Positions 9,606 through 18,497 are shown, counted from the first letter of the stretch. The stretch is DNA of 64,000 nt from an uncultured Odoribacter sp. (GCA_934725835.1 CAKVCR010000001.1:4276-68275), one strand, 5' to 3'. The notes: a model not told the origin generated them from the sequence alone. Numbers and translations: made by a program.

Positions 9606-10670
9606 TTATCCAATTTTCTTTTTAACACATTTCTGCACTTTATACGGCGTTTTAACTTCTTGAATCTCGCACCATGCAAGTGCGCCAGTTTCAATCCATT
9701 TCAAAAATCTTTCTTTGTAAGATCCTGAAATATATCCGAAACAGTTCGCCGGATTAGCATTTCCCGTCAACTGCTTTTTCAGTTTCTTGTCAAGTCGGTA
9801 TGCAATATAATACTTTTCGCCGTTCACGCCTTCATGCTCATTTAATTGATATACATATCCTTTGCTAATACCATGATTAAAACATGATTTCACGATAAAA
9901 CACTGATTAGCTCTTAATGATCCAGGGCATTCAACGGCTTTATTTTCCGTTTTATATTCCACTGTCTCAACATTAGTATATACATATGCTTTACCATTTC
10001 CACCGATCATGCAACCGGCAGCAGAATCAATTTTATTCATGAACTTTTCAAACTGTTTTGCCAGTTTCAGAAGTTTTTCGGCTCTTTCATATCTATAACT
10101 ATTTTTATCGCATTCCTTCAAGTCTTTTTCATAGTTTTCTTTATCAAAGTATTTCATATCAGAAAACTTTGCGACTCCGTTACCTTTTGCGATGATAACG
10201 CCATCTTTTTCAACATGCCATGACATTCTAGGTGGGTTCGGCTGATATTCCGGGTAACGGTCTGTTACTTTTATCTTTTCTGTCTGGCTACTGGCTTTTG
10301 CTCTCAGCTTTTCAATTTTCGCTTTTGCTGTCTGTTCTTCCGCTGCGGAAGCCCCACGATCCTGTCTGACTTCTGAAAGTCTTTCAATCAGGCTTCTTGT
10401 TTTCGCTGAAAGAATAACTTCTTCACTATTATAGATATGCTGAATGATTTCTTTACCGCTTTTATCATTCCAACGGCAATCAACAACTACTACAAAACCA
10501 TCTTTTGTGGCAATCCCTTCCCACCATGCCGGACTCCAATAATCTGTCATCCAGTCACTTTCATCTTCATGAAAACCATACAGTTTCCAACCTCTTTTTA
10601 CAAGCTCCATTGCAATTGCAACTTTCGCATCCTTAAATTCATAATAGTTGTTATTACTTGACATAATCAA
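9606..10670 (-). CDS. hypothetical protein
   Basis: 354-aa ORF with GGAGG RBS. Confidence 0.8.
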   Translation of the reverse strand: MIMSSNNNYYEFKDAKVAIAMELVKRGWKLYGFHEDESDWMTDYWSPAWWEGIATKDGFVVVVDCRWNDKSGKEIIQHIYNSEEVILSAKTRSLIERLSEVRQDRGASAAEEQTAKAKIEKLRAKASSQTEKIKVTDRYPEYQPNPPRMSWHVEKDGVIIAKGNGVAKFSDMKYFDKENYEKDLKECDKNSYRYERAEKLLKLAKQFEKFMNKIDSAAGCMIGGNGKAYVYTNVETVEYKTENKAVECPGSLRANQCFIVKSCFNHGISKGYVYQLNEHEGVNGEKYYIAYRLDKKLKKQLTGNANPANCFGYISGSYKERFLKWIETGALAWCEIQEVKTPYKVQKCVKKKIG

Positions 10671-10714
10671 TACCTCCGTAATGTACTTTATAAGTTGTGT
10701 TTGTTTATATTTAT

Positions 10715-10743
10715 ACTATACATTATTATTGTTTGATTGTCAA
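10715..10743 (-). promoter_or_regulatory. sigma-A-type early promoter with conserved CA-rich leader
   Basis: TTGACA (10738-10743), 17 nt, TATAGT (10715-10720). Leader AAACAAACACAACTTATAAA. Confidence 0.7.
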
Positions 10744-10752
10744 GTGTTTTTA

Positions 10753-11007
10753 TTAAATACATGAAGAAATATAATGTTGTAATTCTTCAAACTTGTTTTC
10801 TATGCTATCAATGTTCTTATTCTCTAAAATATCAACTATTTCCCAGATTGTAGAATTCGCTGTATATAATTCGTCATAATATTCTGGATCAAGCTCTTCC
10901 ACTCTTTTAGCAATATCATCTCCGCATTTATCCCGGATAATATCAACTAAATCTCTATGGTTTCCAATTATTTCAATACTTCCATCTTTTAATGCTACTA
11001 CGTCCAT
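10753..11007 (-). CDS. hypothetical protein
   Basis: ORF 10753-11034. AAGGAAGG precedes the ATG at 11007, which also avoids overlap with the upstream gene. Confidence 0.65.
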   Translation of the reverse strand: MDVVALKDGSIEIIGNHRDLVDIIRDKCGDDIAKRVEELDPEYYDELYTANSTIWEIVDILENKNIDSIENKFEELQHYISSCI

Positions 11008-11017
11008 TTTTCCTTCC

Positions 11018-11320
11018 TTATAATTCTTTTTCAATCTCTTCTATGCATTCTTTTCTTGTGTTGTAATTGCCGTATGCACTCTTTACTCTCAATGTATTAT
11101 ATCCAGTCAATAAATGATCCTGTACCTCATAATGGCTAAATTCGCCATTTAAAGTCACTTTACCAGGCAATACAACATGAATATAACCACGGCTGTTTAC
11201 TTTCCAATAAAAGCCTCTGGAATGCTTGTAGAGGGTATTTAAAGCGATATCTTTTCGCCCTTCTTCAATCATTTCTTTTGTTTTGGCTGCTTCGCCAGTA
11301 TAAGAAAATATAGACCCCAT
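11018..11320 (-). CDS. hypothetical protein
   Basis: 100-aa ORF with AGGAG RBS. Confidence 0.7.
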   Translation of the reverse strand: MGSIFSYTGEAAKTKEMIEEGRKDIALNTLYKHSRGFYWKVNSRGYIHVVLPGKVTLNGEFSHYEVQDHLLTGYNTLRVKSAYGNYNTRKECIEEIEKEL

Positions 11321-11329
11321 ATCTATCTC

Positions 11330-11557
11330 CTAAACATTTAATTTAATGCCATTGTACCGTTTATAACGTTGTGTAAAATGACCGTTTGGTAATTGTTTAC
11401 TTACACGTTTCATAACTCCATTTTCAAAATCTGGTGTTTTCACTTGTGTCCAGCCATCTTTTCTTCGTCTGTCAAGATCTTCTAAATATTCTTGCTCGTT
11501 TTCGTACTCAACACAATCTTCCTCAAATGACATAACTTTACTATTTAATAACTTCAT
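11330..11557 (-). CDS. hypothetical protein
   Basis: 75-aa ORF with AGGAGG RBS. Confidence 0.7.
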   Translation of the reverse strand: MKLLNSKVMSFEEDCVEYENEQEYLEDLDRRRKDGWTQVKTPDFENGVMKRVSKQLPNGHFTQRYKRYNGIKLNV

Positions 11558-11608
11558 AATTTTTTACCTCCTGAATATAGAATAAGTGGTATATCCATCC
11601 TTAAAACG

Positions 11609-11636
11609 ATTATACCACTATTTCTATTATTGTCAA
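11609..11636 (-). promoter_or_regulatory. sigma-A-type promoter with extended -10
   Basis: TTGACA (11631-11636), 16 nt, TGgTATAAT (-10 at 11609-11614). Confidence 0.65.
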
Positions 11637-11638
11637 TA

Positions 11639-12067
11639 TTATTTATTTACGTTTGTTAATAACGCAAGCCTATTTTTACATACAGTTACAACATTTTCTT
11701 TTGAAACACATAAAGTGCTTCCAATTGCTGACAATGCAATAAATACAACCGGCATCCCGGAAGATATAAAAATTACACCTACACCAATAACACCAATGCC
11801 ACACAATTTTTGTTTAATGCCAGCAATAAGCAACTGTTTCTCTTTTTCTGACATTCGTTTACATTCTTCATATCCAATATTTTTCAATGTTCTTGTAATT
11901 TCTCTTGACGCTCCTAAATGCTGATTAGCAAGCTGCAATTCAATAGCGAATTCCATATTTCCAACGCTAAAAAGATCCTTTGCTTCCTGGTATTCAATTT
12001 TTGCCATTCTTTCAAGTCTATCACGATCACGCAACATTTTCTCGATTTTCTTTGATGAAACTAACAT
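11639..12067 (-). CDS. membrane protein
   Basis: 142-aa ORF with GGAGG RBS. Contains the LCGIGVIGVGVIFISSGMPVVFIALSAIGSTLCV hydrophobic hairpin. Confidence 0.7.
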   Translation of the reverse strand: MLVSSKKIEKMLRDRDRLERMAKIEYQEAKDLFSVGNMEFAIELQLANQHLGASREITRTLKNIGYEECKRMSEKEKQLLIAGIKQKLCGIGVIGVGVIFISSGMPVVFIALSAIGSTLCVSKENVVTVCKNRLALLTNVNK

Positions 12068-12082
12068 TTTATTTACCTCCGT

Positions 12083-12310
12083 TTATATATAATTGATTCC
12101 TGTCTCTGTCCTTTTCGTTGCTTTCTTGTAAAGTGGCTTTACACTTACAATATCAATTAAAGAATCCGGCTTCAATGCCCCAAATTCCTTGTTATCCCAA
12201 ACATATCGTTGAAATGTATATTCTTGTCCATTGGACTTAAAACGGGATTTAAACTCTACCACATACCCAACATATTTATCAATATCTCTTAAAAATTCTA
12301 TATATGTCAT
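12083..12310 (-). CDS. hypothetical protein
   Basis: 75-aa ORF. Confidence 0.6.
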   Translation of the reverse strand: MTYIEFLRDIDKYVGYVVEFKSRFKSNGQEYTFQRYVWDNKEFGALKPDSLIDIVSVKPLYKKATKRTETGINYI

Positions 12311-12323
12311 AATATCGCCCTTT

Positions 12324-12671
12324 CTACAGTATCAATCCGAATTTTTTATAACAACTTACCAATAAAGCCAACTGCATGAACTGTTTTAAAGTTCTGTCTG
12401 CTTTTAGTTTTCGTCCGTTTTTAATAGCTCTATGAATTTCTACCATATTGCCATACATCAAAATATCAACCGAAAATTCATCTTTATATGAAATACGGTA
12501 CTCATCAACATTGCCAGTAAATAACACGTTCCAGACGTTCCCGAAACAATCTGAAATTTTCCATAATCTCTGATTTTCGTGTGGTCTTTCCATTTCTTCA
12601 ATTTTGTTTTTGCTCTGGCTAACTGATTTTTCAAAATTTTCTTTTGTGGTCTTATTTTCAAATTTTAACAT
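12324..12671 (-). CDS. hypothetical protein
   Basis: ATG 12671 (MLKFENK) is preceded by a GGGGGG-rich RBS. The longer 12324-12851 track ORF overlaps the upstream gene. Confidence 0.6.
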   Translation of the reverse strand: MLKFENKTTKENFEKSVSQSKNKIEEMERPHENQRLWKISDCFGNVWNVLFTGNVDEYRISYKDEFSVDILMYGNMVEIHRAIKNGRKLKADRTLKQFMQLALLVSCYKKFGLIL

Positions 12672-12684
12672 GGTTTTTGCCCCC

Positions 12685-13137
12685 CTATTTAAACAGTTTT
12701 CTTGCATCAAAAAAGATTGTTTTACCGTCCTTTGTCTCTCTTGCTGCACTCCAATGAAAAGCTGCACGCCCGATACCAGATAACCAAGTTTCACGATCCA
12801 TATTATCAAGAACGTACTTTCTTGATACCTTTTTGTCGTTTTCGTCTTCATACTGCATTACTTCAATAGCTTTTTCAATTTGTGGGATATCCTGGTCAAG
12901 ATATCCGCACTTTTTGAAATATTTCTTGTCTGATTCTGATAACTTCATGCTTTCGCCCTCTCTTTCTGTTTTGGTTGCCATTTTATCAATCAACCATTCT
13001 ACTGACATACCATTTTTAAGGCTTGCCAGTTCGTCAAACTTCTGCACTGCGATTTCTAACGATTCTTTTTCGCTATATCCTTTTGCCTGGATCAATTTAC
13101 CAGCTTTTAATACATTATTGTACGTTTTCCGCTTCAT
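12685..13137 (-). CDS. hypothetical protein
   Basis: 150-aa ORF with AAGGAG RBS. Confidence 0.7.
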   Translation of the reverse strand: MKRKTYNNVLKAGKLIQAKGYSEKESLEIAVQKFDELASLKNGMSVEWLIDKMATKTEREGESMKLSESDKKYFKKCGYLDQDIPQIEKAIEVMQYEDENDKKVSRKYVLDNMDRETWLSGIGRAAFHWSAARETKDGKTIFFDARKLFK

Positions 13138-13570
13138 GCTCTTGAATCTCCTTTATTTCGTTTTTGAGTGCTTCAAAATCCACATCTGTCAACCATTCCG
13201 GCTTCTCTTCTTCTGTAAATGAATCCATGATATTTTCCATTTCTTTTATAATGGTATCAATATCAGACCAGAGACTTGATGATCTGCATTTTCCGGCACA
13301 ATTGATATAATATTTACAATCAAGCTGCAATCTGTTTAATAGCATGTATTCTCTTTCTTTTGGACTTCTCACAAAAGGATTTTCGCACTCTACCGGCTCT
13401 GTTACTCTGCTGCAAGGTTCTCCGCAAATTTCGCCACAATCCATATAAGCACCAGTATAAAGGTCTAAACCGTTACGCCCGTTATTTTCATCAAAATAGA
13501 TTTTACCGTTTTCGTCCTGATAACAAGGAACTTCCATATAGCCACCGAAACCAATATATTTAACTTTCAT
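13115..13570 (-). CDS. hypothetical Cys-rich protein
   Basis: 151-aa ORF with GGAGG RBS and many Cys residues. Confidence 0.7.
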   Translation of the reverse strand: MKVKYIGFGGYMEVPCYQDENGKIYFDENNGRNGLDLYTGAYMDCGEICGEPCSRVTEPVECENPFVRSPKEREYMLLNRLQLDCKYYINCAGKCRSSSLWSDIDTIIKEMENIMDSFTEEEKPEWLTDVDFEALKNEIKEIQEHEAENVQ

Positions 13571-13599
13571 TTTTATATACCTCCGATATTTATTATAGT

Positions 13600-13992
13600 T
13601 TATTTAAAAACACAATCCATAAACATTGTATCTAAATGATGTGCCAGAATATTAAAATCTTCCGACTTTTTCAACTTATCAAATACACCTATTAAATACT
13701 CCGCTTCTTCTGCGATAGTTTCCGAATCGTCCGAAAAGTCTCGGTTGAATTCCATCAGTTTATCTGCCATTTCTTTTGATGTATGCTCAAAATCGCTGTC
13801 AATGTCTTCTGTGTTTTCTTCCTGGTCGATAACTTTTAAATCGCCTCTAATAGAATCATTATCATCGCCGTATTTTTCAAGAATCTTGAAAATTGTCTCA
13901 ATATCTTCTTTTGATAACTCCGGCTCATAATATTCTTTATCGCCATCTGAATGCTGCAACATAATTCCGATCACTTTTGATTTTTCTACCAT
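13600..13992 (-). CDS. hypothetical acidic protein
   Basis: 130-aa ORF with GGGAGG RBS. Confidence 0.7.
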   Translation of the reverse strand: MVEKSKVIGIMLQHSDGDKEYYEPELSKEDIETIFKILEKYGDDNDSIRGDLKVIDQEENTEDIDSDFEHTSKEMADKLMEFNRDFSDDSETIAEEAEYLIGVFDKLKKSEDFNILAHHLDTMFMDCVFK

Positions 13993-14006
13993 TTTCGCTT
14001 CCTCCC

Positions 14007-14255
14007 TTAAAATTCAACCTCTGTGATATAATATCTTCCGGCGTTATCTTTTAAATAAAACATTGTATGAATATCTTGTAATTCAAGATAACAAAAGTCA
14101 ATCATATCATCACTATCTTCTGGTCTTTCTGTTTGACTCTCAGCAATCATATCAACTTTCATGTTGCTTATCTTTTCAATAGCCATCTTTAACTGATCCA
14201 GTGTATTAAATCTTTTACCAACTAAATCATATAAAGAAATATCATTTGCTTTCAT
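14007..14255 (-). CDS. hypothetical protein
   Basis: 82-aa ORF with AGGAGG RBS. Confidence 0.7.
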   Translation of the reverse strand: MKANDISLYDLVGKRFNTLDQLKMAIEKISNMKVDMIAESQTERPEDSDDMIDFCYLELQDIHTMFYLKDNAGRYYITEVEF

Positions 14256-14299
14256 GTTGTACCTCCTAATTTAAAGTTGTGTTGTTTGTTGTTAGTATT

Positions 14300-14328
14300 A
14301 TAATACATTATTTTGGTTTGTTTGTCAA
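14300..14328 (-). promoter_or_regulatory. sigma-A-type early promoter with conserved CA-rich leader
   Basis: TTGACA (14323-14328), 17 nt, TATTAT (14300-14305). Leader AACAACAAACAACACAACTTTAAA. An AAACAAACNAAAATAA box occurs both upstream and in the spacer. Confidence 0.7.
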
Positions 14329-14358
14329 TAGCATCTTGCATTTATTTTTGTTTGTTTA

Positions 14359-14391
14359 TAAAAAAGAAAATCCGACTTTTACGCCGGATTT
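14359..14391 (-). terminator. rho-independent terminator
   Basis: Minus strand reads AAATCCG-gcgtaaaagt-CGGATTT followed by TCTTTTTT. Confidence 0.7.
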
Positions 14392-14406
14392 CCCTTTTCT
14401 CTACAT

Positions 14407-14904
14407 TTACTTAACAATAACGTCATAACGTTCAATAATATCATCTATATAGCTTGTTGCTGGATTATATACTAAATATGTTATAATTTCGTCCCCAGGC
14501 TGCGCCCCTTCTACGCTTCTATAACTGACATAGTGGTCTTCCGCTGATCCGTTCAATTCGTCATCTAATACAATACCCTTTGTACGCTCAACGATAACTT
14601 TATCGCCGTTCATACGATTTTCTAACATTTCGCCGGTCAACTCAGAGGTTGAAAACACTTCAAAATCTCCGTATTCTTCAATGATTTCTTTCTCTATTTC
14701 TTCGCATTTTAATACTGTTTCGTCTTTTACGGCTTCCGGCTGCTCTGCTTCCAGTTCTTCCGCTTCTAGCACCTCAGAAAACGCCGTATTTTCGTTTTTA
14801 ACGGCTTTTTTATTATTGCTTGATATTTTACCGAACCCCATCAATAAAACGCCTAAAATAGCCACACACAACGCCACAATAACAATATTATTCATTTTCT
14901 TCAT
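14407..14904 (-). CDS. secreted or membrane-anchored protein
   Basis: 165-aa ORF with GGGAGG RBS and N-terminal signal/anchor MKKMNNIVIVALCVAILGVLLMGF. Confidence 0.75.
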   Translation of the reverse strand: MKKMNNIVIVALCVAILGVLLMGFGKISSNNKKAVKNENTAFSEVLEAEELEAEQPEAVKDETVLKCEEIEKEIIEEYGDFEVFSTSELTGEMLENRMNGDKVIVERTKGIVLDDELNGSAEDHYVSYRSVEGAQPGDEIITYLVYNPATSYIDDIIERYDVIVK

Positions 14905-14917
14905 GATATGATCCTCC

Positions 14918-15079
14918 CTATCTTCTATAATCTTTCTTTTTTAGTTCTTCCCACTGATTCATCCGGCGTTTAAAGTCGGCACATCGTTTTGCTGACTCTA
15001 TACGCTCATTTTTTATATCTTTTCTGATTTTAATTTCATCACTGATCCCGAAAATTAAAGTAAACAGTAAACCAAACAT
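14918..15079 (-). CDS. small membrane protein (53 aa)
   Basis: Hand-translated MFGLLFTLIFGISDEIKIRKDIKNERIESAKRCADFKRRMNQWEELKKKDYRR with GGAGA RBS. It falls below the ORF-track cutoff. Confidence 0.55.
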   Translation of the reverse strand: MFGLLFTLIFGISDEIKIRKDIKNERIESAKRCADFKRRMNQWEELKKKDYRR

Positions 15080-15081
15080 TT

Positions 15082-15492
15082 TTATTTCTCCTTTACAATA
15101 ATTTCGCCATCTAATACAAATATTTTTGCGTGATCCTTGAAAACACTGTAATTTCCAGGAAAAACAACCGCTTCATCGTCATTTATTGACTTTGTGCCGT
15201 TTGTGCTGATTTTTGCCCACACAAAAACCTCGTCATCTATATCCTTCCAATAGTCTGCATCCTTGTATAAATCCAAAATTTCGATATTATCCCAAATATC
15301 ACAATTTCCGGCAGCGTCTACGGTTGTTAGTTCCTTCGTTTCTGGATTATAATACCCGTTCATATAATATGTGCTAACTTCCCAGTTTTTCGCTGTTTCC
15401 GGCTCTTTTACGGCTTCTGTTGCACTATTGCAAGCGGTTAAACTTGCAACAATGCTAAATACTGATAATATTGTCAAAATCTTCTTTTTCAT
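15082..15492 (-). CDS. lipoprotein
   Basis: ATG 15492 follows GGAGG. MKKKILTILSVFSIVASLTAC carries a lipobox (L-T-A-C). Confidence 0.75.
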   Translation of the reverse strand: MKKKILTILSVFSIVASLTACNSATEAVKEPETAKNWEVSTYYMNGYYNPETKELTTVDAAGNCDIWDNIEILDLYKDADYWKDIDDEVFVWAKISTNGTKSINDDEAVVFPGNYSVFKDHAKIFVLDGEIIVKEK

Positions 15493-15510
15493 GGTCAAAA
15501 CCTCCATTTT

Positions 15511-15897
15511 TTATGCTGCAATCAGCATTTTAATCATATCAACAAGTTTTTCGTCTGTATATCCTTCTGTAAGCTCCTGAAGGATTTTAACGGTCTTTCT
15601 TGTTACCATTTCCCCGACTTCCTCCCGGTGGATCTCATGCACACTATAAACGCCCTCTGTACCAGTCGGTACACACTTGTTAATAATAAGTGTCGGCACG
15701 CTTCCGGCTTTCTTGAAATTTTCATATTTATCATAAAATTCAACGATTACATCATAAATAATTGAATCATCGCCAATTTTCACGATTTTCTTACATCTCT
15801 TTTCGCCCCAGGTGCAAAAGAAGAATAAATCTAAAGAAAAGCCGTTTTTGCATTTTCCATTGAATTTTTCTAACTGATCTCTTGTTATTTTTGCCAT
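15511..15897 (-). CDS. hypothetical protein
   Basis: ORF 15511-15912. GGAGG precedes ATG 15897. Confidence 0.7.
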   Translation of the reverse strand: MAKITRDQLEKFNGKCKNGFSLDLFFFCTWGEKRCKKIVKIGDDSIIYDVIVEFYDKYENFKKAGSVPTLIINKCVPTGTEGVYSVHEIHREEVGEMVTRKTVKILQELTEGYTDEKLVDMIKMLIAA

Positions 15898-15941
15898 TTC
15901 TAAAACCTCCATGATTTAAAGTTGTGTTTGTTGTTATAAAT

Positions 15942-15970
15942 ACAATACATTATTTTTGATTGTTTGTCAA
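15942..15970 (-). promoter_or_regulatory. sigma-A-type early promoter with conserved CA-rich leader
   Basis: TTGACA (15965-15970), 17 nt, TATTGT (15942-15947). Leader AACAACAAACACAACTTTAAA. Confidence 0.65.
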
Positions 15971-15997
15971 TAGTGTTTTTCATTTATTTTTGATTGA

Positions 15998-16303
15998 TTA
16001 TGAATCAAAATAACTAGACTCACGCAATAAATCAATATTTACTCTCATTTTATCGCTAATATATAACGCTTGTAACTTTCCGGCGTTCACTTGCTCCAAT
16101 GCTTGTATAAAATCATTATTTGCAAAAATGTTATTCGATAAAATTTCGTTTTTATCATTTATAACTATCGTATTACCGTTTTCGTCTGATTCTTCATAAT
16201 TTGCATAATATGCGAAACCTGGCACGATCATAGCCAATTCAAAAACGTTTTCCCATTCGTCAACGATTTCCGTATTATATCCCATAATTTTATTTTTACT
16301 CAT
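15998..16303 (-). CDS. hypothetical protein
   Basis: ORF 15998-16318. GGGAGG precedes ATG 16303. Confidence 0.7.
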   Translation of the reverse strand: MSKNKIMGYNTEIVDEWENVFELAMIVPGFAYYANYEESDENGNTIVINDKNEILSNNIFANNDFIQALEQVNAGKLQALYISDKMRVNIDLLRESSYFDS

Positions 16304-16347
16304 TGTAATACCTCCCATTTAATACGATTTTGAGAAATTCCCAGGTT

Positions 16348-16797
16348 TTACCCTGGAAACCTCAAAACATTTAATTTATCACACAAAAGATCAATTTTAT
16401 TTTCGATTTCGTCAAGTTCTTCATCGCTTGCACCAGATTCTATAGAAATATCAAATTTCTTGTTTAACCGCTCTATTTCTTGTCGAATTTCGTTTTCTTC
16501 TTTTGTATTATCTGTCTGAATCGTAATATAATATACAGTTCTATACAATACCTTCGTATGTCCTTTTGTACTTCCGTTATACACACTGGATTCTTGCAGC
16601 CGAATCTTTTTTCCTGATATGATACCACTATAATAAAAAGCGTTTGCATGTCTCCAATTTTCAGGATCTTCTTTTAAATACTTCTCAAAAATCAACCCTT
16701 GCTTTTCTGAAATTTGTTTATTTTTGCAGTGTCCGAAACTTTCAAGAAATATATTTCTAAACCATTCATTGTATTTTGTTTCTCTGATCTTTTCCAT
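16348..16797 (-). CDS. hypothetical protein
   Basis: 149-aa ORF with GGAGG RBS. Confidence 0.75.
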   Translation of the reverse strand: MEKIRETKYNEWFRNIFLESFGHCKNKQISEKQGLIFEKYLKEDPENWRHANAFYYSGIISGKKIRLQESSVYNGSTKGHTKVLYRTVYYITIQTDNTKEENEIRQEIERLNKKFDISIESGASDEELDEIENKIDLLCDKLNVLRFPG

Positions 16798-16843
16798 TGT
16801 ATTTCCTCCATGTTTATAAGTTGTGTTGTTTGTTGTTAATTGT

Positions 16844-16872
16844 ATTATACTTTATTATTGTTTGATTGTCAA
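16844..16872 (-). promoter_or_regulatory. sigma-A-type early promoter with conserved CA-rich leader
   Basis: TTGACA (16867-16872), 17 nt, TATAAT (16844-16849). Leader AACAACAAACAACACAACTTATAAA. Confidence 0.75.
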
Positions 16873-16945
16873 GTATTATTTTAAAATTCTTTATTTTAGT
16901 GTAATAAAAAAGAGAACCGCCGGAACGATCCTCTAATTTTGACTT

Positions 16946-17224
16946 TTACGCAATTTTTGAAATTCCATTGATAATATTATCAAAATGGAACTTTTCGCCC
17001 GTTTCCACCTTCTCAAATTCCACACAAGACGCAAAACATCGAAAAGGTGTAAATATATCGCCGTGGTTCGTGTATGGGCTTCTAGATGTATTCCAGTCAA
17101 TGCCTAAAACGCCATTTTTGCGATATACCCGGAAAACCTTGTTATAGTTCCCCGTTTTGATTTCTTTGCTGCTGCATCCGTATAAATGCACTTTTACAAG
17201 ATCATTTTCTTTTAACATTGCCAC
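16946..17224 (-). CDS. hypothetical protein
   Basis: 92-aa ORF with GGGAGG RBS. Confidence 0.7.
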   Translation of the reverse strand: MAMLKENDLVKVHLYGCSSKEIKTGNYNKVFRVYRKNGVLGIDWNTSRSPYTNHGDIFTPFRCFASCVEFEKVETGEKFHFDNIINGISKIA

Positions 17225-17232
17225 GCCTCCCG

Positions 17233-17403
17233 TTATTGCTCTAATCTCATTATTTCGTTGTCGTTCGCATCATATAAAAAATAGTCAAGACCTAAATAGT
17301 CATTTTCAAAATATTCTTGCATTCTCTTTCTTGCTTCCGACTCTGTACAATTTAACCGCTTTTCTTGCGTTCTTGCTCCGTCTGTTGCCTGAATTGTATA
17401 CAT
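17233..17403 (-). CDS. small hypothetical protein (56 aa)
   Basis: Hand-translated MYTIQATDGARTQEKRLNCTESEARKRMQEYFENDYLGLDYFLYDANDNEIMRLEQ with GGGAGA RBS. It falls below the track cutoff. Confidence 0.5.
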   Translation of the reverse strand: MYTIQATDGARTQEKRLNCTESEARKRMQEYFENDYLGLDYFLYDANDNEIMRLEQ

Positions 17404-17404
17404 G

Positions 17405-17506
17405 TTATTTTCTCCCTTGAATGGTTTTATATGCCATTTTAAAAGCTAATTTCTGAGGTAAAAACTTTTTATATTTCAAATAGATTTCGTTAAATTCCTG
17501 ATACAT
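17405..17506 (-). CDS. possible micro-ORF (33 aa)
   Basis: GGAGGG RBS then ATG. Translation MYQEFNEIYLKYKKFLPQKLAFKMAYKTIQGRK. It is very short, so the call is tentative. Confidence 0.3.
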   Translation of the reverse strand: MYQEFNEIYLKYKKFLPQKLAFKMAYKTIQGRK

Positions 17507-17573
17507 TGCACGCCCTCCAATTTATAGGGGCTTGCCATTTACAGCTTGCCCCATTTATTATAGTTTGTTTTTA

Positions 17574-17927
17574 CTAGATGAAAAACATTTCGCCGTTGAT
17601 TTCTAATGCTATAGCGTCTTGCGTCATTTCTTTTTTAAGATCCTCGCATAAATCAATAACTTGATCCAGCTTGTTTCTTAAATCTTTTTCACTTGCATAA
17701 GCGAAAACCATTGTTGTTTTCTCTTTTACAAGTCCGACTGTTGGGCTTGTCCAGTAACCCAGGGCATCTGTTGAGGTTGCACCTCCGAAGCAATCAGATA
17801 AAAGCGTTGCTGCCTTGTCTACATATTTACTATTATCAATTTCTTCATTGATATTGATTGTTGCCGGTACATAAACCGTAACTTTACTACTCAGTGAAAA
17901 CACGTTTTTCAGTCTTGCATTTGTCAT
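17574..17927 (-). CDS. hypothetical protein
   Basis: 117-aa ORF with GGAGG RBS. Confidence 0.75.
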   Translation of the reverse strand: MTNARLKNVFSLSSKVTVYVPATININEEIDNSKYVDKAATLLSDCFGGATSTDALGYWTSPTVGLVKEKTTMVFAYASEKDLRNKLDQVIDLCEDLKKEMTQDAIALEINGEMFFI

Positions 17928-17978
17928 AACTTTTTACCTCCGATAATTTAAAGTTGTGTGTTGTTTGTTTATGTTTGC

Positions 17979-18007
17979 ATTATACATTTATTATTGCTTG
18001 TTGTCAA
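17979..18007 (-). promoter_or_regulatory. sigma-A-type early promoter with conserved CA-rich leader
   Basis: TTGACA (18002-18007), 17 nt, TATAAT (17979-17984). Leader AAACAAACAACACACAACTTTAAA. Confidence 0.75.
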
Positions 18008-18149
18008 TACCTTTTTTGAAAATTCTTTTAAAAAATTTTCTTTCCCATTTTTCATGATCTTTTATGATCTTTTCCGCTGCCTTTTGGCGTTCCGTTGCTA
18101 TTTCCGTAATCTGGTTTAATTTCTGGATCAATTCGTCATTCGATACCAT
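17991..18149 (-). CDS. possible small ORF (52 aa)
   Basis: Hand-translated MVSNDELIQKLNQITEIATERQKAAEKIIKDHEKWERKFFKRIFKKGIDNKQ. The RBS is weak and the 3' end runs through the next promoter. Confidence 0.3.
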   Translation of the reverse strand: MVSNDELIQKLNQITEIATERQKAAEKIIKDHEKWERKFFKRIFKKGIDNKQ

Positions 18150-18169
18150 AATAACGCCCCACTTTCAAA

Positions 18170-18201
18170 TTATTTTATAGTGTGCCGGGAGCAATCCCGG
18201 C
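18170..18201 (-). terminator. hairpin, probable terminator
   Basis: GCCGGGA-ttgc-TCCCGGC on the minus strand directly after the stop of 18211-18420. The U-tract is poor. Confidence 0.45.
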
Positions 18202-18210
18202 TTTATGCTT

Positions 18211-18420
18211 TTATGCTTCCATCTGGTAGCCACTGGCAAAGAATACTTCTCTTGTTTCCCAATCAAAAACTTTTGTTCTTTTTGGTTCGCATCTTCTTTC
18301 GTTAAATCTTCCGGCGTGCTGGATTTCAACGTATGTAACAAATTTCGCTGTTCTTTTGATTATTTCAAATTCAATTGAATCAGTCTCTTTATATCTTTTC
18401 CCTACCTCAAATTTTCTCAT
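18211..18420 (-). CDS. hypothetical protein
   Basis: 69-aa ORF with GGAGG RBS. Confidence 0.7.
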   Translation of the reverse strand: MRKFEVGKRYKETDSIEFEIIKRTAKFVTYVEIQHAGRFNERRCEPKRTKVFDWETREVFFASGYQMEA

Positions 18421-18468
18421 CTTTTCTACCTCCGAATTTTTTAAGTTGTGTTTGCTTTGTTTAATTGT

Positions 18469-18497
18469 ATATTACATTATTATTGTTTGTTTGTCAA
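18469..18497 (-). promoter_or_regulatory. sigma-A-type early promoter with conserved CA-rich leader
   Basis: TTGACA (18492-18497), 17 nt, TAATAT (18469-18474). Leader AAACAAAGCAAACACAACTTAAAAAA. Confidence 0.7.

Noticed and set aside
12324-12851. Long forms of ORFs 12324-12851 and 5765-6136
   Set aside because: The 5' extensions overlap the upstream genes by more than 150 nt. Internal ATGs with strong RBSs (12671 and 5971) give compact, non-overlapping genes.
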